64,000 nucleotides of DNA, from the NCBI GenBank assembly GCA_038874595.1, contig JAVZCB010000001.1, positions 59,609 to 123,608 on the forward strand, given 5' to 3'. This document shows positions 1 through 9,108 of the stretch, piece after piece. A program made the position numbers and the translations under genes. The first letter of the stretch is position 1. The number at the start of each line of letters is the position of its first letter. The notes beneath the pieces are model-generated. The model was not told the origin of the DNA. It searched no databases and worked only from the letters and a program-made list of their open reading frames with translations. The stretch is from Candidatus Micrarchaeia archaeon. GTDB taxonomy: Archaea; Micrarchaeota; Micrarchaeia; CAILAH01.

Positions 1-114
1 AGTATTATAAGTGGTGTTTTGAGCGTTATTGATCGGCAATTCTTGTACGCATCCTATAAGGGAGATGCACACAATCAGCGCAATAAAAATAAGGCAAAAG
101 TACCTTCTCATTGT

Positions 115-315
115 TTATGACCTTGCAAGCTTTACATCATCTTCAACAACAGTTTTCCTGCCAGCGTGCCGCGCTAGCTTGATTGCCTTTGTTGCAATCT
201 TGATTGCTTCCTCCTCAAGCACATCTATCATTGCATCAATAGCACCATCGCTTACCCGCTCTGCACCTGCACGTTTCATAAGCCTCTCAATGGGGGCTCT
301 TGGAATATCCGCCAT
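115..315 (-). CDS. Archaeal histone (HMf family)
   Basis: 66 aa; IPRAPIERLMK...AERVS...AKHAGRKTV-like histone fold signature (ARHAGRKTVVEDD). Confidence 0.95.
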   Translation of the reverse strand: MADIPRAPIERLMKRAGAERVSDGAIDAMIDVLEEEAIKIATKAIKLARHAGRKTVVEDDVKLARS

Positions 316-360
316 CCAACCACCTTTAAGGTTTAATAATGTGATAAAACCTTATATAGG

Positions 361-1836
361 TTGATGGCACTCAGGGAAGGTGTAGAGCCTCGCAAATACC
401 AAAAAGAGATAGCAGAGAGCGCCTTACGCCACGGTAACACGCTGGTTGTGCTTCCAACAGGTATGGGCAAGACGCTAATAGCTGTTTTGGTTATTGAAAG
501 GAAGGTGCAGGAAGGTGCTGTGTTGTTTCTTGCACCTACCAAGCCGCTCGTAAGCCAGCACCTGAAAACAATAAGAGACCTGCTCCCCGGCGTTGATGCA
601 ATTGCAATCACCGGTGAGATGGGAAAAAATGCACGGAAGGAGCTCTGGAAATCGCATGATATAATAGTTGCAACACCACAGACTGTTGAGAGCGACCTGG
701 ATATAATTGATAAGGGCAGGTTTTCCCTTCTTGTAATAGATGAGGTTCACAAGGCGATTGGGAAGTACGCATATACAGAGGTTGCGCAGGAGTTCAGGCC
801 ATATGCAATGATTCTTGGGCTGACAGCATCACCCGGCGGTAAAAAGGCAAAGATAGAGGAGATAACAAGCACACTTGGGATAGTCAATGTTGAAAGCAGG
901 GACCATCTTGATGAGGATGTGCGGCCTTACGTTAAAGAGATGGATATTGACTGGATAGAAGTTGATGAGCTTCCTGAATATGTTGAGGCAAAGAAACAGC
1001 TGCGTGCACTCCTTGACTGGTACATAGGCATGGTAAGGCATTATGGGTTTTCAGTGTATGCAAAAAGCAGGAAATCTATGATACTTGCACAACAGTCAAT
1101 CATGAAGAGCAGGCTGAAGAGCAAGTATCATGCGCTGAAGTATTTGAGCGCAGCAATAAACCTTGATTATGCGATTGAGATGCTTGAGACGCAGAGTATG
1201 GATGCATTTTTAACGTATACAGCCAGCCTGGAAAGCAGGGAGACGAAGGGCGCACAGCTGCTTTCCAGGGATGGGCGCTTGCATGATATAATAGCATATG
1301 TGCGGCAGCACAAGGTTATCCACCCAAAGATGCAAAAACTTGTTGAGCTGATTGAGGCCGACAAGAGCGCAAAATACATTGTGTTTTCACAGTATACCGC
1401 ACAGATAGAGTACTTGGAGAGGGCGCTTGCACTGTTTGGGTTCAGGTGCAGGAAGTTTATGGGGCAGCGCCGTGGGTTTACAAGAAAACAGCAGCTTGAG
1501 GCAATTGAGCAGTTCAGGAATGGTGAGTTTGACGTGCTCATTGCAAGCTCAATAGGCGAGGAAGGGCTGGATATCCCTTCAGTGGATTATGTAATATTCT
1601 ACGAGCCAATCCCAAGCGAGATAAGAAGCATACAGCGTAGGGGTCGTGCAGGCAGGGCAAAGAAAGGGTTTGTGCGCGTATTAATTACAAGGGGCACGCG
1701 TGATGAGGCGGCGTATTATGTCTCACAGCGCAAAGAAAAGCGCATGAAGCACATAATCAACAGGATGAAGGCCGGCAATTCAGGTATCCTGCGCGGGCGC
1801 AAGCTGACCGGCACGCTTATGGATTATATGCATTAG
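361..1836 (+). CDS. hef: Hef/FANCM-like SF2 helicase (helicase module only)
   Basis: PRKYQ, LPTGMGKT, DEVH, TASPG, EEGLDIP, QRRGRAGR motifs; ends without the ERCC4 nuclease domain. Confidence 0.9.
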   Translation: MMALREGVEPRKYQKEIAESALRHGNTLVVLPTGMGKTLIAVLVIERKVQEGAVLFLAPTKPLVSQHLKTIRDLLPGVDAIAITGEMGKNARKELWKSHDIIVATPQTVESDLDIIDKGRFSLLVIDEVHKAIGKYAYTEVAQEFRPYAMILGLTASPGGKKAKIEEITSTLGIVNVESRDHLDEDVRPYVKEMDIDWIEVDELPEYVEAKKQLRALLDWYIGMVRHYGFSVYAKSRKSMILAQQSIMKSRLKSKYHALKYLSAAINLDYAIEMLETQSMDAFLTYTASLESRETKGAQLLSRDGRLHDIIAYVRQHKVIHPKMQKLVELIEADKSAKYIVFSQYTAQIEYLERALALFGFRCRKFMGQRRGFTRKQQLEAIEQFRNGEFDVLIASSIGEEGLDIPSVDYVIFYEPIPSEIRSIQRRGRAGRAKKGFVRVLITRGTRDEAAYYVSQRKEKRMKHIINRMKAGNSGILRGRKLTGTLMDYMH

Positions 1837-1876
1837 TCAATCATTCAGGACCAAAACTCTGACACACTATCGCAAC

Positions 1877-2233
1877 TTACAGCAGGAAATCCTTTGATGC
1901 CTTTCCCTTTGGAAAGACAGGGATGCCCTTTGCCCTCACAGGCAATCCGGTTTCTTCGGCAACCGCAGACAATTCGTTTATTGGTATAAGCATATCACAA
2001 TCAAGCAGCTTGTAAGGCCCGGCAGCGGACGGCTCTGCAACCATCCTGAAGACAACACGCTGGTATATCCCGCCCGCCCTTTTCACGCGCAGTATCACCG
2101 ACCCGCCCGCCTTGAAATCAATATGCTTTTGAGATGCCACACAATCACCATTTTTAACCAATACTCTTACCTTCTTTATATCCTGTAAGATAACTAACTT
2201 TGCAGAATTCATTCCTTTTCCTGTGCACAGCAA
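1877..2233 (-). CDS. Hypothetical protein (true start probably near 2140-2161)
   Basis: Co-oriented with and downstream of rnhC; GGTGA SD-like motif before GTG at 2140. Confidence 0.55.
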   Translation of the reverse strand: MLCTGKGMNSAKLVILQDIKKVRVLVKNGDCVASQKHIDFKAGGSVILRVKRAGGIYQRVVFRMVAEPSAAGPYKLLDCDMLIPINELSAVAEETGLPVRAKGIPVFPKGKASKDFLL

Positions 2234-2999
2234 TCTTATCTTTTGTGAGTTTTCTTATGTTTATCTTCTCGGATGTTTCATAGCTCGCCAGCCATTTTTC
2301 ATACTCGCTTTTTGCAATTATGCTCGCTGCTGCAACAGACTCAAACCTTTCTGCCCGTGTTGTGGTAATTATGTTTATGTTTAAATGGGCCTGCTTAAGC
2401 GCCTCCTCAAGTTTTAAATCGTTACGTTTGCTTCCAAACTTATCAATTATCACGGTGCATTTTTCATTTGTATCTATTTTTTCGAGAAGCTTGCTTATTG
2501 CCGAAGCGTGCATTTCAGTGAGCAGGTCGTTGAGGTTGCCGCTGCGGAATTTTTCATTAAAGTCGCGTGGTGATAGCACACGCACAGCATACGGATAAGT
2601 GCGTGCAATTCTTGATACTTCAGCGAGCTGGCCGCGCGATAACTCCTTGCTATCCATAACTCCGCAGAACCTTGCAAGTGCACGGTCTTCAGGTGTCCTG
2701 AGCAGCACAGCAGCTACAACCATTGGTCCCAGCAGCTCTCCCTTCCCAGCCTCATCAGAGCCTATAACCGGCCCGTCAAACCCGTCGCGTGAGGTAATGA
2801 ACTCAATTATCTTATTACGCATTTCCCCCTCTGGCTTTTCAGAGAACACAACTTTGCCACTGTTGTATATCACAACCAGCGCACGCCCAATCTTATACCT
2901 GCCAAATTCATACTCGCTTGCAGTTTTGAGGCGATGGATTTCAGGAAATAATTGTGTAAACTCAGGCAACTGCTCTGGTGAGAGTTGTATTGTATGCAT
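2154..2999 (-). CDS. rnhC: Ribonuclease HIII
   Basis: IGSDEAGKG, GVMDSK, IDKF, VAAASIIA RNase H2/H3 motifs plus N-terminal TBP-like segment (VIYNSGKVVF). Confidence 0.8.
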   Translation of the reverse strand: MHTIQLSPEQLPEFTQLFPEIHRLKTASEYEFGRYKIGRALVVIYNSGKVVFSEKPEGEMRNKIIEFITSRDGFDGPVIGSDEAGKGELLGPMVVAAVLLRTPEDRALARFCGVMDSKELSRGQLAEVSRIARTYPYAVRVLSPRDFNEKFRSGNLNDLLTEMHASAISKLLEKIDTNEKCTVIIDKFGSKRNDLKLEEALKQAHLNINIITTTRAERFESVAAASIIAKSEYEKWLASYETSEKINIRKLTKDKIAVHRKRNEFCKVSYLTGYKEGKSIG

Positions 3000-3050
3000 T
3001 GGTGATACTTCTGCACAAATGATTTAAAGTTATGGCACAAAGAAAAAACG

Positions 3051-3563
3051 ATGGTCCAGTACCCAATCCCATTTGTTGCCGGGATAATAGAGAAGAAGAT
3101 TAATGGCAGGACGCACATCTTGCTGCAGACACGCTGGAAATTCAGTGTTAGCCCAAAATATTCTGGGCTGTATGAGCTGCCAGGCGGTGCGGTTGAAGCC
3201 GGGGAGAACGTGTATGATGCACTTAAGCGTGAGATTAAGGAAGAGACAAACCTTGATGTGAAGCGGTTTATAAACCTCAATGTCACTGATGACATAAGCA
3301 ATATAGATGGTGATTCCGCGTTTGGCTTTATGCCGTTCTGCTGTACCCAGATGACAAAGCCAATTTATTTTGTTGGGTTATTTTTTGTGTGCGAGGCTGA
3401 GGAAGGCCAGTTGGTTGCAGGCAAGGATGAGGCAAAGGACCCTCACTGGGTCAGTTTGGACGATCTTGCTGTAATGCTCAGGAAAGAGCGTAGGAAATTC
3501 TTTACGCCGCACCTTCCAGCGCTTGATATGTACATGCAGTTGCGTGGTGGCAGCATGCAATAA
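3051..3563 (+). CDS. NUDIX hydrolase
   Basis: Nudix box PGGAVEAGENVYDALKREIKEETNL. Confidence 0.92.
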   Translation: MVQYPIPFVAGIIEKKINGRTHILLQTRWKFSVSPKYSGLYELPGGAVEAGENVYDALKREIKEETNLDVKRFINLNVTDDISNIDGDSAFGFMPFCCTQMTKPIYFVGLFFVCEAEEGQLVAGKDEAKDPHWVSLDDLAVMLRKERRKFFTPHLPALDMYMQLRGGSMQ

Positions 3564-3588
3564 ACATTACCTTGCGGGAAGTTAGCGG

Positions 3589-4539
3589 CTATTTTTGCAG
3601 GATACCGCTTGTGGAGATTTCTAGTATGAGGTATATTATGTAGAACAGCAGGAGGTATAACCCTTCCTGGCGTGTAAGTATCCTTCCGGAGCGCAGGAAG
3701 TAAATGAGCAGTGCACCCGCAAAGAACATCATCCCGCCAGTAACGTATATGTAGGTGGGATTAAAATTAATTGGGTGTATCAGTGCAACTATACCTAACA
3801 GTATCGTTGCGTCTATTATTACGTTGCCCAGTATATCCCCGAGTGCAAGCTCACTATGGTTTGATGTTACTGCTTTGATTGAGAACACGAGTTCAGGCAT
3901 GCATGTACCAATTGCAACAAGCGTGAGTGCTATCAGGAAAGGTGGCACACCTATCTCGGTTGCAAAGCTAACACTGAACTTGACAGTGTAGTATGCTCCA
4001 CCAATCAGTGCGATAATGGTTACCACCAACAGCACCAGATTGGCAATCCAGCTAAGGTTTTCAGCATGGTTAAATTTCCTGCTGAATCTTTTCCTTTGCA
4101 TCAGGAGTGTTGTAAAGAACAGCAAACCGCTTATGATTAGTATAAGGCCGTCAAAGCGCGTTATGTTTCCATCAAAGCCCAAGAGCAAAGGAACAAGGAG
4201 CAGTATGAGATAGAAGAAGTTGCTTTTCAGAATTTCACTTTTTACAGTTATCCCATTTTTTGAGAATAATGCAACTACCCCAAACACCATTGCCAGGTCT
4301 GCAACGTTTGAGCCAAGAAGTGTGCCGAGCCCAAATTCGGGTGTGCCTTCAAGCGCGGAAACTATAGATACCATAGCTTCAGGAAAGCAGGACATTACAG
4401 CAATAAAGAAAAAGCTTACTATGAACTCTGAGATATGGAATATCCGTGCAAGGCGGGATGCATAGGTTATTGCATACTCTGCGCTTTTAATTAATACAAG
4501 TATTGATACGAGAAGCAGAGTAAGGCTTACCAGCACCAT
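3589..4539 (-). CDS. Sodium:calcium antiporter (CaCA/YrbG family)
   Basis: About 10 TM segments; two alpha repeats (SCFPE...GSNV; GTCMPE...GNVI). Confidence 0.88.
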   Translation of the reverse strand: MVLVSLTLLLVSILVLIKSAEYAITYASRLARIFHISEFIVSFFFIAVMSCFPEAMVSIVSALEGTPEFGLGTLLGSNVADLAMVFGVVALFSKNGITVKSEILKSNFFYLILLLVPLLLGFDGNITRFDGLILIISGLLFFTTLLMQRKRFSRKFNHAENLSWIANLVLLVVTIIALIGGAYYTVKFSVSFATEIGVPPFLIALTLVAIGTCMPELVFSIKAVTSNHSELALGDILGNVIIDATILLGIVALIHPINFNPTYIYVTGGMMFFAGALLIYFLRSGRILTRQEGLYLLLFYIIYLILEISTSGILQK

Positions 4540-4604
4540 ATGCCATTATTACAGATAATCATTTATAAAATGTGCCTCTTTGATGAGATATATTTCTGTT
4601 AGTA

Positions 4605-6119
4605 TTACAGGAATGCCTCCACATCCTCTTTTCTCTGGGATTGCCTTTTCTCATACTCTCGTGCCAGCGATTCAAGGTCGATGCCATTTGCCTGGAACTC
4701 ATACTTTCTTTTTCGTACTCTCACAAATATAGGTTGTACAACCGCTTCACCAACGACGAGCGCCTCACCGGTTTTCAGTGTTGTGATGCTACTGAGCATA
4801 TAATTATCAATGCCCTCACAGCTTTCACCTATATGCTTGATATCGTAGGGGTTGGTCACACGAAGTATGATGTGTGTGTTGCACTGTGACAGTGCAGTTG
4901 TGCTAAGCCTTACAGGGCGCTGTGTTATCAGGCAGAGCGATGCGCCGAACTTCCTGCCTTCGCGTGCAATCCGTTCTATCTCATGTTTTGATAACATTTC
5001 CTCGCGTTTTACGCCTTCAGCTGCAAAGTTGTGCGCCTCTTCCACAACAAGCAAAAAAGGAGGTATCTTCCCTTTTTTGATAGCATTGAATAATCTGCGT
5101 GCAAAGTATGCCACAATTAGCTGTTTTTTCTTTTCACTATCTATTTCCTTGAAAGAGATTATGCTTATGTGCCCGGGCTTTACAAGAGTGGTCACCGTTG
5201 GGTCATCAACCTTTCCGAAAAGCTTCATCTTATGCAGGGAATCAAGATGGTCAAGAAGCGCGTCTCGTGTAGATATAGCTTTCTTATCATCAATCCCGGA
5301 GATGTCTATCATCAAGTCCTTGATTGTGAAGAACTTATGCTCAAGCATGGCTTTGCGCTTATGCTCATAAAATGTTGTGTTGAGCATTCTCTTTTGCGGC
5401 CCGCTCAGCTGGTGGAAGAAGGGAAACATCTCAGGCTGAGCATTTTTCGTGCTTATCCGTATTTTTGATGCATCGTAGATAGTGATACGGTCAGAAAACG
5501 CTGCACCCTTCATATTAGCATACTCACCGTGCATATCAAGAACTACAACACCTATCCGCCCATCCTCCGGCTTTCGCTCGAGCAGCTCCTCAAGCAGGAC
5601 ACTCATAAGGTATGATTTACCCGCACCAGACATTGCCAGGATTGCTACATGTTTCTGGAACAGCTTTGATAAGCCGAGCCGTACATCAACATCGTGATTG
5701 AGCAGTTTCCCTATGTTAAGCCCATTTTGCTTAAACCCGAGGTATTTCTCAAGCATGTGCTCATCAACAGTGAGCACTTCCGAGCCGGGTGCTGGCGGGA
5801 ATGAGCACCTGTGCAGCAAGTTCCCATCAAAAATCCCAATGATTCTGCACTCCGCAATCGTATAACTCCATTCGCTTACAGGAAAATGTGATGACATCAT
5901 CCCAGCACGCTCATACTCAGCAACGCTTTCAGCACGCTCAAAGTACCTATTTGAGCGGAATATGTCATTTACAACAGCTACAAGCGTTCCAGCCTCGTGG
6001 TGCATCTCAACAAATTGGCCTTTCCTGACGAGCCCAATCGCATCGTCGCTAATCACAAACGCAAATTTTGCAGTGTTCGGCGAGTCTATTAATGAGATTA
6101 CTGTCCCGAGCTTTACCAT
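4605..6119 (-). CDS. herA: HerA-family ATPase/helicase
   Basis: N-terminal HAS barrel, HVAILAMSGAGKS, DMHGEY, EEAHNF, REGRKFG, TQRP motifs. Confidence 0.88.
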   Translation of the reverse strand: MVKLGTVISLIDSPNTAKFAFVISDDAIGLVRKGQFVEMHHEAGTLVAVVNDIFRSNRYFERAESVAEYERAGMMSSHFPVSEWSYTIAECRIIGIFDGNLLHRCSFPPAPGSEVLTVDEHMLEKYLGFKQNGLNIGKLLNHDVDVRLGLSKLFQKHVAILAMSGAGKSYLMSVLLEELLERKPEDGRIGVVVLDMHGEYANMKGAAFSDRITIYDASKIRISTKNAQPEMFPFFHQLSGPQKRMLNTTFYEHKRKAMLEHKFFTIKDLMIDISGIDDKKAISTRDALLDHLDSLHKMKLFGKVDDPTVTTLVKPGHISIISFKEIDSEKKKQLIVAYFARRLFNAIKKGKIPPFLLVVEEAHNFAAEGVKREEMLSKHEIERIAREGRKFGASLCLITQRPVRLSTTALSQCNTHIILRVTNPYDIKHIGESCEGIDNYMLSSITTLKTGEALVVGEAVVQPIFVRVRKRKYEFQANGIDLESLAREYEKRQSQRKEDVEAFL

Positions 6120-6195
6120 ACTACTAAATATGCCTATGATGTATTAAAAGCAAACGCCAGCAGTTTTCCTGTTATTTTTTGGAGAACAAGAAACA

Positions 6196-6339
6196 CGGGC
6201 CCGATGGGAAATTCAGCATTACAGAATTTTTTCTGTTTCGGTAGTGCATTTGAACCCATACTCCAGGGTAACCTCTGTTCTCCACGTTTGGAGCGGGCAT
6301 TCGAAGCCCTGTAGGCTATCCAGGCTACCTCACGGGCCC
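6196..6339 (-). tRNA. tRNA-Arg(TCG) with two BHB introns (37/38: 6270-6300; 59/60: 6210-6248)
   Basis: GGGCCCG acceptor stem, D arm AGGT/GCCT, CAGGG-CTTCGA^A-CCCTG, ATGGG-TTCAAA^T-CCCAT; both inserts form bulge-helix-bulge motifs. Confidence 0.92.
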
Positions 6340-6477
6340 GAGCATCTTATCCCAAGGCAATAATATAAATTAAATGCTTTACGGGATAGCTTGCTTTTTT
6401 GCAGCTGCATACGCCTGGAAGTAGTTTGATGCTTTTCCACGTGCATAAACCAATATAAAGTTATCCGGGCTGAATAT

Positions 6478-6548
6478 CTGTGGATGTGGGCGTGCATCTC
6501 TTTAGAGAGGTGCCTGCTTTATTAAGCAGATGCCTGAACTTAAGGTGA
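6478..6548 (+). promoter_or_regulatory. Candidate eL15 ribosomal-protein leader (3-way junction)
   Basis: GGGCGT/ATGCCT closes hairpins GCATCTCT/AGAGGTGC and CTGCTT/AAGCAG; lies between TATA (6452-6460) and SD AGGTGA of rpl15e. Confidence 0.55.
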
Positions 6549-6552
6549 TATA

Positions 6553-7074
6553 ATGGGTTACTACAAATACCTAACGGAGACTTTTGTAAAGGAATGGAAA
6601 GAGAAATCCCCTGAGTACAGGGAACGGCTCGTTGCATGGAGAAAAGAGCCGCCGATTGTGCGTGTTGAGCGGCCGCTGAACATTTCACGTGCGCGTATTC
6701 TTGGCTATAAGGCAAAGAAGGGGTTTGTTGTTGTCCGTGTCAGGATTGCAAAGGGCAACAGGAAGATTTCACGGCCGGTGAGGGGCAGGAAACCATCCCG
6801 TTCCGGGAGGTTCTTCTCTGCACAATTATCTGACCAGGCAATAGCCGAGCAGAGGGCAAACCGCAAGTACAGGAACCTTGAAGTGCTTAATTCATACTGG
6901 GTTGGTGATGATGGCACAAGCAAGTATTATGAAGTAATTCTTGTCGACCCGGCAAGGAAAGAGGTTGAGGTGCTTGCCAAGAACCGTAATGGGCGCGCGT
7001 TCAGGGGCTTAACAAGCGCAGGCAGAAAAGCGCGCGGGCTCAGGTTCAAGGGAAAAAGAAGGCCTAAACAATGA
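6553..7074 (+). CDS. rpl15e: 50S ribosomal protein L15e
   Basis: ARILGYKAKKGFVVVRVR, NLEVLNSYWVG, YYEVILVDP, GRAFRGLTSAG. Confidence 0.97.
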   Translation: MGYYKYLTETFVKEWKEKSPEYRERLVAWRKEPPIVRVERPLNISRARILGYKAKKGFVVVRVRIAKGNRKISRPVRGRKPSRSGRFFSAQLSDQAIAEQRANRKYRNLEVLNSYWVGDDGTSKYYEVILVDPARKEVEVLAKNRNGRAFRGLTSAGRKARGLRFKGKRRPKQ

Positions 7075-7574
7075 GCCGGTACTTTGACCTTCACGTGCGG
7101 TTTGACTGGAAGAATTTTTCATCTGAGGGCTACTGTAAGGTATTTTGCCCAAACATAATTGCTGGCGGCAACAGGTACGACCCTGCGCGCATCAACATTG
7201 CAGTTGTTTCAGACTCTGGCAGGCCACTTCCGCCCAAATATGACCTTGTGAGTTTCAAGGGGTTTGCAGTAAACGTTGACCATCTTGCATTAGTGCGTGA
7301 GAAAAAGCGGGCCGTGGAAGTTTGCATTGCAGAGGTTAAGCAGGCACTTCTTAGTGGCCGCATACACCAGGCAAGGTTTTTCTGTGATGCGCTGCGCTCG
7401 TACAAGGTCCCGTTTGTGTTCACATCAGGTGCATCAACCGTTTATGAAGCCAAATCACCAAAAGAGATGGCTTTTATAGGTGAGTTGCTTGGTTTTACTC
7501 AACGTGAGGTGCTTCTTTCAATCAGCGATACCGCAGTGGAGATTTTGAATGAGAAGGGATATGACTATGCATAG
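7071..7574 (+). CDS. rnp3: RNase P protein Rpp30 (divergent)
   Basis: YFDLHV start, FTSGA...KSP motif; canonical position after rpl15e. Confidence 0.75.
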   Translation: MSRYFDLHVRFDWKNFSSEGYCKVFCPNIIAGGNRYDPARINIAVVSDSGRPLPPKYDLVSFKGFAVNVDHLALVREKKRAVEVCIAEVKQALLSGRIHQARFFCDALRSYKVPFVFTSGASTVYEAKSPKEMAFIGELLGFTQREVLLSISDTAVEILNEKGYDYA

Positions 7575-7601
7575 CTTGCGCAGGCCCAGAGGTGTTATGC
7601 G

Positions 7602-7907
7602 ATGGGTGTAAAAAAGAGCTTGAGGACAGCGTTCCGTTATATCCGGTTCGTGTTTGTTTCTGCAACACCTGTTGCTGCAAAAGATATGGAGGAGCATTTA
7701 AGGCAACACCTGCATAAAATGCTAGGCCTGCTCAACTCGCCAAAGATAAAGCTGTTTTCAACAGGCAAGGAAAACGAGTATGTGCTGCGCTGCGATTCTG
7801 CATCCTTTGCTAAGGTCCGGCAGGCACTTTTGTTTTTTTATGGCAAGGATTACAGGATAAAACTTCTCAAAAGCTCCGGCACAATAAAATCTCTTGGCGC
7901 TGGGTAA
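7602..7907 (+). CDS. rnp2: RNase P protein Pop5/Rpp14
   Basis: RYIRF, VLRC, SSGTIKSL motifs; conserved rpl15e-rpp30-pop5 synteny. Confidence 0.8.
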   Translation: MGVKKSLRTAFRYIRFVFVSATPVAAKDMEEHLRQHLHKMLGLLNSPKIKLFSTGKENEYVLRCDSASFAKVRQALLFFYGKDYRIKLLKSSGTIKSLGAG

Positions 7908-7916
7908 TGCCAAAAC

Positions 7917-9077
7917 CTATTTTTGCTTTTTGAGTGCGCGGTCTATTTTTTCAAATATTTCTTCGGCACCAATGCCGCGGAGCACTGCTTCCTGGACACC
8001 TATCCTTATACCACTCGGGGCAATGACGCTCGTATCCCATGGCAGTGAGTTTTTGTTCACTATAATGTTATTTTTCTCTAGCTTGTCAGCAACGGCGGCA
8101 CCGCCCCCAATCGCTGATACGTCCACGACGACTTGGTGTGTATAAGTGTATTCCTTACCGTCATAACCGCACACGTTATAGCCCGATTCGGCCATCATTT
8201 TTGCGAGCTTTTGTGCGGTCCCGATTACCCTCTTCCCGTAATCCCTATGTGCAGTATCATACGCAATTGCAGTGGCAAGCAGCGCAGGTATCCTGTGCAG
8301 GTGGTGGTTACTCAGTATGCCTGGGAACAATGCCGTATCTATCCCCTTTTCAAACTGCATCTCCTCTTTTATCAGGATTATGCCGCCCTGCGGTCCAGGA
8401 AATGTTTTGTGTGTTGATGCAGTTATTATATCCGCACCATCACTGAAAGGCGCCTGGAATTCCCCTCCATAAATCAGCCCGAACACGTGTGCAGCATCGT
8501 ATACGATCACAAGCTCTGGGAACTCGTTACGTATTTCACGCACCGGTTCCGGGTGCAGGAACATGCTCTTTCCAAGGACAATAAAATCCGGGTTTGTGTC
8601 GCGTATTATTCGTATTGACCTGTCCACATCCGTTTTGAATGGGTTATCCTCATCAACCACAAAATTGTGCACTTCCTTCTTGCAGATTTTGCTTATTGTT
8701 CCCATCCTGTTGTGTGTGATATGCCCACCTGATGGGAGCGAGTTGCTCACTATTTTACCTGTAATGTGCGGGAGCCCGCTGAACACTGCCAGGTTTGCGA
8801 TCGCACCACTTATCGGCCGCACGTCCGCATAATGGCATTTAAAATGCTCCCTAAAATGCTGCTCGCACGCAGATTCAAGCTCGTCAATGAACTTCGTCCC
8901 ATTGTAATATCTTTGGTATGGCTTGCCCTCAGCATACCTATGCATGAAATCATTACAGTAAAATTCACGTGGCACTTCAGGAAACATAATATTCTCGGAA
9001 GCAATCAAGTTTAGTGTTGAATTCCGCCACGTTTCATTCTCATCCACAACCCTGCGGATATCCTCAATGCTCTTCAT
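7917..9077 (-). CDS. glyA: Serine hydroxymethyltransferase
   Basis: LIASEN, YAEG, DAAH, STHKTFPGPQGG (PLP Lys), SGIRIG; start set at ATG 9077. Confidence 0.95.
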   Translation of the reverse strand: MKSIEDIRRVVDENETWRNSTLNLIASENIMFPEVPREFYCNDFMHRYAEGKPYQRYYNGTKFIDELESACEQHFREHFKCHYADVRPISGAIANLAVFSGLPHITGKIVSNSLPSGGHITHNRMGTISKICKKEVHNFVVDEDNPFKTDVDRSIRIIRDTNPDFIVLGKSMFLHPEPVREIRNEFPELVIVYDAAHVFGLIYGGEFQAPFSDGADIITASTHKTFPGPQGGIILIKEEMQFEKGIDTALFPGILSNHHLHRIPALLATAIAYDTAHRDYGKRVIGTAQKLAKMMAESGYNVCGYDGKEYTYTHQVVVDVSAIGGGAAVADKLEKNNIIVNKNSLPWDTSVIAPSGIRIGVQEAVLRGIGAEEIFEKIDRALKKQK

Positions 9078-9108
9078 ACTCGTGCACCCGTATAATTTTT
9101 GGCAGCAC

